From a bacterium (lineage in GTDB: Bacteria > UBA8248), in NCBI GenBank assembly GCA_965261085.1, contig OZ253442.1, forward strand, positions 2,752,001-2,816,000: a stretch of 64,000 nucleotides of DNA, written 5' to 3'. The position numbers were made by a program, and so were the translations under genes. Within the stretch, counting starts at the first letter, position 1; every line of letters starts with the position of its first letter. The notes below the pieces were generated by a model. The model saw only the letters and a program-made list of their open reading frames with translations. It did not search any database and was not told the origin of the DNA. Shown here in pieces: positions 1-9,712 of the stretch.

Positions 1-141
1 CATGAAAATACCCTCGGCCCGTTCGATCACCGGCAGTGGGACAGTGCTGCTCCTGGCATAGAAGATGTCTTGCGGTCCTCCTGAGGCGGGACGCACATCG
101 GAACCATTCTGCTGTTCAAAGGCTAGTTCTACGGTACTCAT
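1..141 (-). CDS. Class III (PLP) aminotransferase, N-terminal part; runs off the window edge
   Basis: Not in the ORF track. ATG at 141 with AGAGGT SD upstream; reads MSTVELAFEQQNGSDVRPASGGPQDIFYARSSTVPLPVIERAEGIFM, and PxVIERAEGxxM is the typical class III aminotransferase N-terminus. Confidence 0.65.
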   Translation of the reverse strand, partial: MSTVELAFEQQNGSDVRPASGGPQDIFYARSSTVPLPVIERAEGIFM

Positions 142-497
142 GTCAAATGTACCTCTAGGCGGGCGTTCACTACATCAATCACCTATTGTTAATATGCGTC
201 ATCAGACGACAATTCCACAACTTATTTTTAGCGCTGGGTTGCCTGCATCATGTGGATAAGCGCGTCCAACGGGCGGCGAGGCGGCGAGTTTCTCGTGGGG
301 TTTGGCCATCTTCCCTTCCAGTAAGCTTCACAAGTTTGTCACGCCGTTCGATAACAAATACATCATGTCGTCCATAGTAGTCGAAAGAGTCGTACACCGA
401 CCAAAACCATGAATCGGTTGCGCCACTTTGACTCAAAGGCTGTGTGGGGAAAAAGCCTGGGGTGACGGGAAAGGATTCGCTCCGATTTTGCCACCAC

Positions 498-1085
498 TTA
501 AATCAGTTGATCGTCCGGCACCCGGAACACGCCTTTGATGCTGGAGGTATTGCAGACGCATATCTGGATATGGGTTCTCGCGCGGAAACCGGCCCCTTCA
601 TAAGCCGGCTCGCCTTCCACGAAGACCCCGCGCACGGTGTCTATGGTCGGTTCCTCATTGTCTTTTCGAATTTCATGAAGCTGCGCGAATACCGCGCAAT
701 CAAGGGGTCGCCTAAGTTGGTGTAAATCCGGCGAATTTTTAGGGAGAATTTCGCCCAATTTCTCACAGATTGAAATGTAACTCGCGTGCGCGGCCCGAAC
801 CTGCCGGATACCCGCCGCTGTCGTCAAATCAAGGCAGAGTCCGAGATCGATGATCGCCCCGACAACCGCAGGGGTCGTAATATCGGAGCCCCAAGGGGTG
901 TTCTGGAGTTCAGCCGCGAATTCGAGCCCACGGAGCGAGTTGGCTTCCCAGAAATAGATTCCGGGGCCGAGCCAGTCGTAATCGTTTTTACTTTTTTGAA
1001 ACGGTTCGCCGGCGAGAAGACGCTCGGCCACAGATTGCTCGCACCCGTGATACCCGAGCACGAAAGTCGTCGTCAGTCGGTGCAA
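498..1085 (-). CDS. Putative ADP-ribosyltransferase-fold toxin (DUF3990-like)
   Basis: 195 aa, TTG start; GYHG, WLGPGIYFWE and HIQICV motifs in the spacing of H-Y-[E/Q] ART strands. Confidence 0.55.
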   Translation of the reverse strand: MHRLTTTFVLGYHGCEQSVAERLLAGEPFQKSKNDYDWLGPGIYFWEANSLRGLEFAAELQNTPWGSDITTPAVVGAIIDLGLCLDLTTAAGIRQVRAAHASYISICEKLGEILPKNSPDLHQLRRPLDCAVFAQLHEIRKDNEEPTIDTVRGVFVEGEPAYEGAGFRARTHIQICVCNTSSIKGVFRVPDDQLI

Positions 1086-1088
1086 TTT

Positions 1089-1292
1089 CTACCTGAATCG
1101 TTCGGTAAGTTGTCCGTCGGGCGTGTGGGTCCCCAACCGGACAAGAGCCTCCCTCGCGGTTTTTTTGGATTTTGTGACTTTTTTGAGATACGCCTTACAC
1201 GCTTTCTCGAACCTGTCCGCGTCGGCGTGGTTCAGAACCCCAGAGCGATACACAATCACTTTTGGTTCCGTCTTTTTCTTTTTCTTGCCCAT
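1089..1292 (-). CDS. Small basic protein (67 aa), putative antitoxin or partner
   Basis: MGKKKKKTEPK...AREALVRLGTHTPDGQLTERFR; stop is 3 nt before the ART-like gene start. Confidence 0.55.
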   Translation of the reverse strand: MGKKKKKTEPKVIVYRSGVLNHADADRFEKACKAYLKKVTKSKKTAREALVRLGTHTPDGQLTERFR

Positions 1293-1397
1293 TCCGTCAC
1301 CATTTCTTTCTGTGTATCGAATACGCCAAGGCGGAAAGCAGAAGTCCAACATCGACTCGTGAGGTTCGATAGCCAGCCTGAACCATTCGTTCAAGAG

Positions 1398-1426
1398 ATG
1401 ATATACTCCATCGCGCGGCTTGTCAA
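1398..1426 (-). promoter_or_regulatory. Sigma70 promoter for the two-gene module
   Basis: Minus strand TTGACA (1426-1421), 17 nt spacer, TATCAT (1403-1398). Confidence 0.7.
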
Positions 1427-1448
1427 TTTTTCGACTTGTCTGAATCCC

Positions 1449-2486
1449 CTACATCCACGACAGCGGCGTCGCGGCGTCTCCCCGAAGCCTTCTGGCGGCG
1501 TCCTTGGCGAAGTAGGTGAGGATGATGTCAGCCCCCGCGCGCTTGATGGAGGTGAGCATTTCGGTGAACGCGCGCTCGGGGTCGAGCCATCCGTTGCGGC
1601 TCGCCGCCGCCAGCATGGCGAACTCCCCCGATACGTTATAGGCGGCGACGGGCAGGTCCATCATTTCGCGCGCCCGGGCGATGACGTCGAGATAGACGAG
1701 CGCGGGTTTCACCATGATGATGTCCGCCCCCTCCTCGATGTCGAAGGCTATCTCGCGCATGGCCTCGCGCGCGTTCGCCGGGTCCATCTGGTAGGAACTC
1801 CTGTCGCCGAAGGCGGGCGCGCTCTCCGCCGCCTCGCGGAAAGGTCCGTAGTAGGCGCTCGAGAACTTTGCCGAATAGGCCATGATGGGCGTCTGGGTGA
1901 ATCCCGCAGCGTCCAGTGCCGTGCGAATCGAGCCGACGCGGCCATCCATCATGTCCGATGGCGCGATGATGTCGGCTCCCGCCTCTGCGTGGCTCACCGC
2001 CGTCTGGTCGATGAGTTCGAGTGTGGGGTCGTTCAGTATCTTATCGCCCTCGATGATGCCGCAATGGCCGTGATCCATGTATTCGCAAAGACAAACGTCC
2101 GTGATGACGCAAAGCTCGGGATAGGCTTCCTTGAGCGCGCGCACCGCGTTCTGCACGACGCCGTCTTCCGCATAGGCCTGGCTCGCGAGGTCGTCCTTAT
2201 GGTCGGGAATGCCGAACAGGATGACGCCCGGTATGTCGAGAGCGGCGATTTCCGCGCAATCGGCCACGAGCCTGTCGACGGAGAGCTGGTACTGTCCGGG
2301 CATCGAGGAAATTTCCTGCTTCACGTTCTCACCCTCGACCACGAACATCGGGTAGATGAGGTTATCCACGGAAAGTCTCGTCTCGCGCACCATGCGCCGC
2401 ATGGCGGCCGTCTCCCGCGTGCGCCTCGTGCGGTTTTGCACCTCGCCCGCGAGGGCCGAGAGTATTAAATTGTCGTCAGGCATCAT
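1449..2486 (-). CDS. hemB: Porphobilinogen synthase (Zn type)
   Basis: [14 protein letters not shown] Zn motif, [27 protein letters not shown]. Confidence 0.97.
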   Translation of the reverse strand: MMPDDNLILSALAGEVQNRTRRTRETAAMRRMVRETRLSVDNLIYPMFVVEGENVKQEISSMPGQYQLSVDRLVADCAEIAALDIPGVILFGIPDHKDDLASQAYAEDGVVQNAVRALKEAYPELCVITDVCLCEYMDHGHCGIIEGDKILNDPTLELIDQTAVSHAEAGADIIAPSDMMDGRVGSIRTALDAAGFTQTPIMAYSAKFSSAYYGPFREAAESAPAFGDRSSYQMDPANAREAMREIAFDIEEGADIIMVKPALVYLDVIARAREMMDLPVAAYNVSGEFAMLAAASRNGWLDPERAFTEMLTSIKRAGADIILTYFAKDAARRLRGDAATPLSWM

Positions 2487-3343
2487 GAAATTTCATCCTC
2501 CATTTTCTGCGTATCGTTCGCCGTCTCCAGTTCCCGGTAAAAAGAGACGATGGCCCGCGCCATATCGGGAATCGTCGATTCGGCGGCCTCCACATCGGGC
2601 CTGACGTCCCACTTGCGCGCCGTGGCGGTGGTCACCGGGCCGATGGAGGCCACGCGCGCGCGCCTCATCCATCCCTTCGCCGTCTCCTCGCCCGCCGCCA
2701 CCATGAAGCCATCGAGCGCGGAGGAACTCGTGAACGTCAGCATATCAATTTTTCCGGCCTCAAGCTCTCCCCACGCCTCGCGCAGCGCTTCACGGCCCAA
2801 AGGCGTCGTCCGGTAAACGGCCACGTCGTCCACGCTGGCCCCCATCTTCGAGAGCGCCTGCGGGATGGCGTCCCGCCCCTCTTTCGCCCGGGGCAGCAAA
2901 ACACGCTCACCCGCCATATCCTGGCCTTCGAACAGCGCGACGACGCCCTCGGCCACATATTTTTCGGCCACCTTATCGGGCGCTCTTCCCAAAAAAATTT
3001 CCACCGCTGCGGCCGTGACGGGGCCGACAGCCAGAACAGAAGTCTCCTTGGGAATCGACCCAGGGGAAACGCCCAGATCATCAAACCTTTTCTCCAGGAA
3101 TTTCGGCCCGTTCGGGCTCGTAAAAATTATCCACCCATACGAATCCAGCGCGCGGATCGCCGCATCCACAGGTGTCCAATCCTCAGGCTCCCGTATCTCG
3201 ATAATAGGTGCTAAGCGCACGCAGGCGCCCAGGTCCGCCAGCATCTCACCCATGCGCGATGCCCCTTCTTCAGGGCGCGTGACGAGAATTCTTTTACCCG
3301 CAAGGGGCCGCCCATCCCTGTCCTCGTTTATGACCTCACTCAT
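2483..3343 (-). CDS. hemD: Uroporphyrinogen-III synthase (stand-alone, no CobA domain)
   Basis: RILVTRP, FTSPNG, AVGPVTA, VYRT, FTSSS, SIGPVT; ATGA coupling to both neighbours. Confidence 0.93.
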   Translation of the reverse strand: MSEVINEDRDGRPLAGKRILVTRPEEGASRMGEMLADLGACVRLAPIIEIREPEDWTPVDAAIRALDSYGWIIFTSPNGPKFLEKRFDDLGVSPGSIPKETSVLAVGPVTAAAVEIFLGRAPDKVAEKYVAEGVVALFEGQDMAGERVLLPRAKEGRDAIPQALSKMGASVDDVAVYRTTPLGREALREAWGELEAGKIDMLTFTSSSALDGFMVAAGEETAKGWMRRARVASIGPVTTATARKWDVRPDVEAAESTIPDMARAIVSFYRELETANDTQKMEDEIS

Positions 3344-4260
3344 CGCGCGTCTCTCAGTATCTCCGCCCCGCCATGGGCGAGAACCTCCTCGGCCACCTCT
3401 TCGGCCATGCTCATGGCGTCATCGGGCGCGCCCGTTCGTTCTCGCTCCACCATCCGCTCACCGTCAACGCTCGCGAGACGGGCTTTGATATGAAATTCGC
3501 TCTTGCGAATCTCCGCGAAGACGGCCAGGGGCAACTGGCACCCGCCCTCTAAACGCGCCATCACGACCCGCTCGGCCATCACGGCTTGTTTCGTCTCCGG
3601 GTGATCCAGCCCTTCCGTAAGGCGGCGCGTGGCCGCATCATCGGCTCTCGTTTCAATCGCGAGTGCGCCCTGTCCCGCGGCGGGCAGCATGAGTTCGGGC
3701 GCGAGCGCCTCCGTCGCCCGCTCCTCGAGCCCCAGACGCTTGAGACCCGCCAAGGCGAGTATGGCGGCCTCGACCTCTCCCGCCGCCACTTTTTCGAGGC
3801 GCGTATCCACGTTTCCGCGCAACTCCACAATTTTCAGATCACGCCGGAAGCGCCTTATCTGCGCGATTCTCCTCAGGCTGCCCGTGCCGATTCGGCTGCC
3901 GGGCACCAGCCCGCGAATCGATTCTCCGCCGCGCGATACCAGGGCGTCCCAGGGTTCTTCTCTTTCGGGTATCGAAGCGAGGATGAGCCCTTCGGGCAGT
4001 TCGCTCGGCAGGTCCTTGAGACTATGAACGGCGGCGTCGATTCGGCCCTGCAACAAGGCGTCTTCGATCTCCTTGACGAACAAGCCCTTCCCGCCCAGTT
4101 CGTGAATCGGGGAGCCGAGCATGGCGTCTCCCCTTGTGCGGACGATGATTTCCTCCACCTCGAGGCCTGGGTTCAAACGCTGCAACGACGTAGCCATCGT
4201 TTGAGTCTGCGCGCGCGCCAGCGCGCTGCCCCGTGTGCCGAGGCGCAGCATGTCGTTCAT
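3340..4260 (-). CDS. hemC: Hydroxymethylbilane synthase
   Basis: LGTRGSALA, GKGLFVKEIE, AVHSLKDLP, LRGNVDTR, GGCQLP. Confidence 0.97.
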   Translation of the reverse strand: MNDMLRLGTRGSALARAQTQTMATSLQRLNPGLEVEEIIVRTRGDAMLGSPIHELGGKGLFVKEIEDALLQGRIDAAVHSLKDLPSELPEGLILASIPEREEPWDALVSRGGESIRGLVPGSRIGTGSLRRIAQIRRFRRDLKIVELRGNVDTRLEKVAAGEVEAAILALAGLKRLGLEERATEALAPELMLPAAGQGALAIETRADDAATRRLTEGLDHPETKQAVMAERVVMARLEGGCQLPLAVFAEIRKSEFHIKARLASVDGERMVERERTGAPDDAMSMAEEVAEEVLAHGGAEILRDAR

Positions 4261-4263
4261 GGG

Positions 4264-5574
4264 TCAGTCCGATTCATCCGGCGGCGGGCCGGGCGGGTTC
4301 TCATCGCTTTCGGGCTCCACTCCGAAGAGTTTCTGGACGGATTCGACCGAAATGCCCTCCACGTCTTCTTCCGCCATCTGGCGCAGGACGGCGAAGGGAT
4401 GGTGGAGAAGCTTGTTGACCAGCGCCTTCGTCATGGCGTCAAGCGCATCACGACCGTCCCCGCCCAATTCGGGTAGGCGAAGAATGGTTTTTTCGACTTC
4501 CGTCCGGCGCATCGACTCCGCAAAGAAACGTATGGCCGCAAAGGTGTACCTGAGATCCTCCGCCTTCTGGCGGGCGAGATAGGTCTGCACCTCGCTTTCC
4601 AGGATCGCGCGCGCGTCGCGGGCCACCTCCTCGCGATCCCGTAGGTTGTCCGCCGCTACGGACTGCAAGTCATCCACATCGTAGAGATATGCGTCTTCCA
4701 GTTCGTTCACGTCGGGCGCGACGTTTCTCGGCACGGCGATGTCGATGAGAAAAACCGGCGCGTCGCGGCGGCGCTCGAGCGCAGCGGCCACGGTCGGCTT
4801 ATCCAGAATGAAACCCTGCGAGGCCGTCGAGGTGATGACGACGTCGGCGTCGATGAGCGCTTGCTCGAGATTATCGAAACTCACGGCGCGCCCCTTGAGT
4901 TTTGCGGCCAACTCCTGGGCGCGCGCGAGCGTCCTGTTCGCCACCTGGAGGGTGTCCGCCCCGCTCGCCTTGAGATGCCTCGCCGCCGCCTCGCCCATCT
5001 CGCCCGCGCCCAGCAAGAGCACGTTCTTCCCCGCAAGGGAGCCGAAAATTCTTTTGGCCAAATCCACGGCGACGGAGCTCACCGACACCGGCGACTCGCC
5101 TATCGGCGTCTGCTCGCGAATCTTTTTCGCCACGCGAAACGCGCGGGAGAAGAGGTTCGTGAGCGCCTTTCCGGCGTGGCCCGAGGCCTGGGCGACCCGG
5201 TAGGCTTCTTTCACCTGGCCCAAAATCTGCGGCTCACCCACCACCATGGAATCGAGGCTCGACGCCACGGTGAACAGATGCCGCGTGGCTTCGGCTTCGC
5301 GGTGAACGTAGAGATGGGCGTTCAGCTCCTCTCGGCCGATATCGCGTGATTCCAGGAAAAAGCGATGAATCGCATCGAGTCCCTGTTCCAGATCATCCAC
5401 TGCGCTGTAGACTTCCACCCTGTTGCACGTCGAGAGGATGAGGCGCTCATCGAGCTCGTGGTAGCCGGCCAGCCTGTCGAGCCACTCGCTCATGTTCCCT
5501 TCGGGGAAATAGAGGCGCTCTCGAATGCTGAGCGGCGTGTTGTGGTGGCTCACGCCGGCGAGAATGATGGACAT
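4264..5574 (-). CDS. hemA: Glutamyl-tRNA reductase
   Basis: STCNRVE, SLDSMVVGEPQILGQVK, GAGEMG, DIAVPRNV. Confidence 0.97.
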   Translation of the reverse strand: MSIILAGVSHHNTPLSIRERLYFPEGNMSEWLDRLAGYHELDERLILSTCNRVEVYSAVDDLEQGLDAIHRFFLESRDIGREELNAHLYVHREAEATRHLFTVASSLDSMVVGEPQILGQVKEAYRVAQASGHAGKALTNLFSRAFRVAKKIREQTPIGESPVSVSSVAVDLAKRIFGSLAGKNVLLLGAGEMGEAAARHLKASGADTLQVANRTLARAQELAAKLKGRAVSFDNLEQALIDADVVITSTASQGFILDKPTVAAALERRRDAPVFLIDIAVPRNVAPDVNELEDAYLYDVDDLQSVAADNLRDREEVARDARAILESEVQTYLARQKAEDLRYTFAAIRFFAESMRRTEVEKTILRLPELGGDGRDALDAMTKALVNKLLHHPFAVLRQMAEEDVEGISVESVQKLFGVEPESDENPPGPPPDESD

Positions 5575-5589
5575 ATTCTTCCGCGCCCC

Positions 5590-6357
5590 CTAGAAATGGA
5601 CGACAAGCGCGAGGAGCGCGGCGAAGAAGGCCACCATCGAGAAAACGGCGGAGCGCTTTCCCTTCCAGCTTCTGGTAAGCCGACAGAAGAGCAGGAGCCC
5701 ATATGCGCCCCAGATGAGTATCAGCGGCCAGGTGCGCACCGGATCGAGGCTCCAGTAGGCGCCGTGGCGCGATTTCGCCCACATCGAGCCGAGCAGCAGG
5801 CTCGCCGTCAGGAACGCGAAGCCGAAATAGAGAATCTTGTGGTTCAGGTCGTCCAGAATGTCGAGCGAGGGCAGACGATGCAGCCAGGCGCTGGGTCTTC
5901 TGGATTTGAGTTGTTGGGATTGAACGAGATACATCAGCGCCGAGGCGAAGAGGAGAAAAAACGCGCCCGAGCTCAGCAGCGCGAGCACGGCGTGGCCTTT
6001 CAGTAAATAACCCTGCACGGCGCTCGAACCCGCACCCCACACGCCGGGAAAGGCCGATGCGTATCCCTCGAGAATGAACGCCGCAGGCACGGCGAAACCA
6101 CCGAGGGCGATATCGCGGTAGCGGGCGTAGACGATCAGGTACATCAGGATGATCACCCACGCCATGCCGCTCAGCCACGGCCCCCAGCCCTCGGGCGTGC
6201 CGGAGGCGAAGCTCACCCCCAGCATGAGGGTATGAAGCGCAAATCCCGCGAGCAGTGAGCCGACTCCGTAGACGACGCCCACGGACCTGCCCGTGAAGAG
6301 CAGATACAGGTGCGTGAGCGCCGCAACGAGATAGCAGCCGATCAGGATGGCGACCAC
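5590..6357 (-). CDS. ccsA: Cytochrome c assembly (CcsA family) membrane protein
   Basis: Multi-TM, LPSLDILD and GSMWA...YWSLDP motifs; directly upstream of hemA; start moved to GTG 6357 behind a GAGAGG SD. Confidence 0.85.
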   Translation of the reverse strand: MVAILIGCYLVAALTHLYLLFTGRSVGVVYGVGSLLAGFALHTLMLGVSFASGTPEGWGPWLSGMAWVIILMYLIVYARYRDIALGGFAVPAAFILEGYASAFPGVWGAGSSAVQGYLLKGHAVLALLSSGAFFLLFASALMYLVQSQQLKSRRPSAWLHRLPSLDILDDLNHKILYFGFAFLTASLLLGSMWAKSRHGAYWSLDPVRTWPLILIWGAYGLLLFCRLTRSWKGKRSAVFSMVAFFAALLALVVHF

Positions 6358-6606
6358 GGGATTTTTCCTCTCAGCGCAAGGCCGCGCCTCGCGATTGTGA
6401 AAACAGCCTTTTCCATCTCCGTCCACGGAAAAGGGCGAACAAAGCCATTTAGACCACCATTTCGGGCATTTTGCAATAATCCGGTGCGCCACCGGCGCCC
6501 GGGCTCAGATTTTCTACTCGCCAAGTTGGCTTGAAGCGCCCATTCCCACTATACTCCATCCAATTGAACCCGCCCGCATACTCCACCTCAGGAGGGGCAG
6601 CAGACC

Positions 6607-7542
6607 GTGATACCGCTCCCCGATATCCACCCGCCGCTGATCAACGCCAGCGGCATTTTGAGCTATCCGGAAGTTTTCACCGCCTTCGAGAGCGCGGGCG
6701 CGTGCCTGGGCGGCTACGTCACGAAATCGGTCGGTCCCCGGGAGAAGCCGGGCAACGACAATCCCGTGGTCGTATACCCCCCGGAAGGCGCGGTGCTCAA
6801 CTCCCTCGCCCTGCCCACGCAAAGCGCCGAGGACTGGGAGCGCGACCTGGAAGAGATAAAGCTCAAGAACGCAAAACTCATCGTCTCGGTCTATGGCGGA
6901 GATTCCAAAGAATTCGCACAGGTCACGCGCCGGATGTCGAGATTCAGCGACGCCATCGAGGTGAACCTGGGCTGCCCCAACAAGGAGCCGGGCGAGCAGA
7001 CCATCATGGAGAGCATCGGCCAGAACCCCGCCCTCTCCGCCGAGGTCATCGAGCGCGTGCGAGGCGAGACGGACAAGCCCGTCATCGCCAAGCTCTCACC
7101 CAACAGCGATTATCTGGCCGTGGCGGATTCATGCCTGAGCGCGGGCGCCGACGCCCTGGGCTGCGGAAACACCCTGGGACCTGGCCTGGCGGTGGACATC
7201 CAGAGCCGGGCGGCGATCCTCGCGGGCACGACGGGCGGCATCAGCGGCCCTGCGCTCAAGCCCATCAACCTGCGCATGACGTATGAGTCCTACGCGCGCT
7301 TTCGCTGCCCCATCCTCGCATACGGGGGAATCGAAACCTGGGAGGATGCCGTGGAATACATTCTGGCGGGAGCCTGCGTCCTGGGAATCGGCACCGCCTT
7401 CATGCGAAAGAACACGCATGAGGCCGCAGCGCTCACCCGTGATATCTGGGAGGGGATTCAGGAATATCTGGGCGATGAGCCGATGTCCGCGCTCATCGGC
7501 GGCGCACACCGCCCGGCGAACGGAGGCGGCTCCCATGCGTAG
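6607..7542 (+). CDS. pyrD: Dihydroorotate dehydrogenase family 1B catalytic subunit
   Basis: INASG, TKS, EVNLGCPN (catalytic Cys), KLSPN, GGISGPALKP. Confidence 0.9.
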   Translation: MIPLPDIHPPLINASGILSYPEVFTAFESAGACLGGYVTKSVGPREKPGNDNPVVVYPPEGAVLNSLALPTQSAEDWERDLEEIKLKNAKLIVSVYGGDSKEFAQVTRRMSRFSDAIEVNLGCPNKEPGEQTIMESIGQNPALSAEVIERVRGETDKPVIAKLSPNSDYLAVADSCLSAGADALGCGNTLGPGLAVDIQSRAAILAGTTGGISGPALKPINLRMTYESYARFRCPILAYGGIETWEDAVEYILAGACVLGIGTAFMRKNTHEAAALTRDIWEGIQEYLGDEPMSALIGGAHRPANGGGSHA

Positions 7543-8260
7543 CGTCTATAAGGTCGTAGAAAACCGCCGGGAAAGCGAGTGGACGCAGACGATCTTCTTC
7601 GATAAGGAGATTGAGTCCACTCCCGGACAGTTCATGATGGTCTGGCTGCCGCGTTTGGGCGAAAAACCCTTCACCCTCTCCTATCCGAACGCCGTCACCG
7701 TCAAAAAAGCGGGCGCGTTCACCGAAAAACTGGTTGCCGTGGAGCCGGGAGACGAAATCGGACTGCGCGGCCCGTTGGGCCAAGGCTACCCTGCCCTCAA
7801 GCGCCCCGCTCTCATCGGCGGCGGCGTGGGCATTGCGGAGCTGAGACTGCTCGCACTCGCCTCCGAAGCGCCTTGCTTTGTTCTGGGCGGTCGAACGGCG
7901 GATGAGATTCTGTATTATGAAGAATTCCGCGAACTCGGCCCCGTCCACGTCGCCACCGAGGATGGCTCCCTCGGACACAAAGGCCTGGTGACCGAACTAT
8001 TGCCCGTCGAGGCGGACAGCTACGCCGTCTGCGGTCCTGAGCGGATGATGGCCGCGTGTCTGCCCAAACTACCCCTTAAGCGCACATATTTCGCCATCGA
8101 GAGATATATGAAATGCGCCGTGGGCCTGTGCGGCCAGTGCACCTGTTCTGGCTGGCGTGTTTGTACGGACGGCCCCATATTCCCCGCAACCAGCGTCGCG
8201 CAGATGGATGACTTCGGAAAACGCAGGCGCTCTAAGAGCGGAAAATGGGAAAAGGTATAG
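7535..8260 (+). CDS. pyrK: Dihydroorotate dehydrogenase electron transfer subunit
   Basis: ATG 7535 overlaps the pyrD stop; PGQFMMVW, RGPLG, GGGVG, CGP, CAVGLCGQC...C.DGPIF 2Fe-2S motif. Confidence 0.9.
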   Translation: MRSVYKVVENRRESEWTQTIFFDKEIESTPGQFMMVWLPRLGEKPFTLSYPNAVTVKKAGAFTEKLVAVEPGDEIGLRGPLGQGYPALKRPALIGGGVGIAELRLLALASEAPCFVLGGRTADEILYYEEFRELGPVHVATEDGSLGHKGLVTELLPVEADSYAVCGPERMMAACLPKLPLKRTYFAIERYMKCAVGLCGQCTCSGWRVCTDGPIFPATSVAQMDDFGKRRRSKSGKWEKV

Positions 8261-8357
8261 AAAAAGACATCTTCCCAAGTTGATTCGGCTGTGCCTATAA
8301 TCAGGCGGCAAGCGAAAGATTCTTTGCATTCACGGGGCTTCAGGCGGAGGACAGGCC

Positions 8358-9119
8358 ATCCAATTCCGTGTGTTGGGTTGCGCGGGCGGCAAAGCGCCCG
8401 GGTGTCAGTTGACGTCTTTTCTCATTAACGAAGAGTTGCTGCTCGAAGGCGGTTCGGCCGCTTCCGGCCTCACCATCGAGGAGCAGGCCAAGCTCACCGG
8501 CGTCCTGGTGTCCCACGCGCATCTGGATCATATTGCGGAACTGCCCTACCTTGCCGACAACATCTTCGGCCTGCGGGATGATTCGCTGAAAATCATCGGC
8601 GCGCGAGACGTGCTCGAGCAGATTCAAAAATCCATCTTCAACAACGCCGTCTGGCCGGATTTTTGCGCGATATGCCACGAAGGTACACCGATACTCGATT
8701 TCTCCGCCATCGAGGAGATGGAAACCCGCTCCTGCAACGGGGTTCGGATGACCCCCTACAAGGTCGACCACAAGGGCACCACCTTCGGCTTTATTTTGCA
8801 GGACGCAGAATGCGCGCTGCTCTACACGAGTGATACAGGGCCAACTGAGGCCATCTGGCGGGGCGCTTCCGGGACGGAGAACCTGCGCGCCATCATCACC
8901 GAGGTGTCGTTTCCGAACAAAATGGAGGAACTCGCGCGCATGTCCAAACACATGACGCCGGCCATGCTCCAAGCGGAAATAAAAAAAATGCCGCCCGATA
9001 TTCCCGTCTACATCTTTCACATCAAGACCCAGTATCACGATGAGACCAAGGCGGAAATCGAGGCATTGAACGAGCCGAGAATCCAGTTGCTCGAAGAGGG
9101 AAAGACGTATTTTTTATAG
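8358..9119 (+). CDS. Class II 3',5'-cyclic-nucleotide phosphodiesterase / MBL-fold hydrolase
   Basis: RVLGCAGG, TSFLIN, SHAHLDH, YTSDTG, HMTP, FHIK; probable start ATC 8358 (GTG 8370 is the alternative). Confidence 0.85.
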   Translation: MQFRVLGCAGGKAPGCQLTSFLINEELLLEGGSAASGLTIEEQAKLTGVLVSHAHLDHIAELPYLADNIFGLRDDSLKIIGARDVLEQIQKSIFNNAVWPDFCAICHEGTPILDFSAIEEMETRSCNGVRMTPYKVDHKGTTFGFILQDAECALLYTSDTGPTEAIWRGASGTENLRAIITEVSFPNKMEELARMSKHMTPAMLQAEIKKMPPDIPVYIFHIKTQYHDETKAEIEALNEPRIQLLEEGKTYFL

Positions 9120-9261
9120 TTTTCATACCCTGTTATGCTCGGCAGATGCCGGAAGAGTTCTTAAAGGGCGATTACAAGACGGCGAGGCGAGGATGTGAGG
9201 TCAGCATTCGGGGGTATCGCCTTCTTAAAAATAACAGAACAAAGGATGAGGAGACGCTTTC

Positions 9262-9507
9262 GTGGAAGACATCGAGGCGCAAAGAAAACACAGTCGCATC
9301 ATGACCGAGCGCATCAGCGGCATTCTGGCCGGGGAGATCGAGGGTGTCGATGCGGACATCCGCTACAGCTACCAGGAGAAGAGTTTTCGGCTCTGGTGGG
9401 GAGAGCGGGAGGATCCGGACACCATGGCCCTCATCACTTTTGAGCAAATCGCCGGGCTGAACGACGAGGAGTTGCGTCAGATTATCCGCTCATCCGTCAC
9501 CGGCTAG
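9262..9507 (+). CDS. Hypothetical acidic protein (81 aa)
   Basis: GAGGAG SD upstream of GTG; genome-typical codon usage. Confidence 0.65.
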   Translation: MEDIEAQRKHSRIMTERISGILAGEIEGVDADIRYSYQEKSFRLWWGEREDPDTMALITFEQIAGLNDEELRQIIRSSVTG

Positions 9508-9712
9508 GAAAGTTCGGTTGCGGGATAGGTTTTAACTGTATTTTTTAATATATTTAATTTCAAATAATTGCCGATAGTAGTTAAATCGATATATCACCTT
9601 TATCTTGCATCTGCGCACCTGCTTGACCAAAGCGCGAATGAACACTAACGGCAACAAAAAGCCGATTCGTCCCGACAACCCGTCCCTGAAAACCGCTGCC
9701 TTCTTTTCACGC

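Noticed and set aside
248-436. 62-aa minus-strand ORF after the ART-like gene
   Set aside because: TTG start, no clear SD or motif; cannot be supported as a gene
1293-1394. Riboswitch in the leader of the toxin-antitoxin-like module
   Set aside because: Only short hairpins are visible and I recognise no Rfam consensus; an Infernal search would be needed
786-2468. 560-aa plus-strand ORF and similar long ORFs (17689-19326, 31734-32912, 39635-40687, 59287-61266)
   Set aside because: Antisense or off-frame shadows of well-supported genes in GC-rich DNA; Arg/Ala-rich with no motifs
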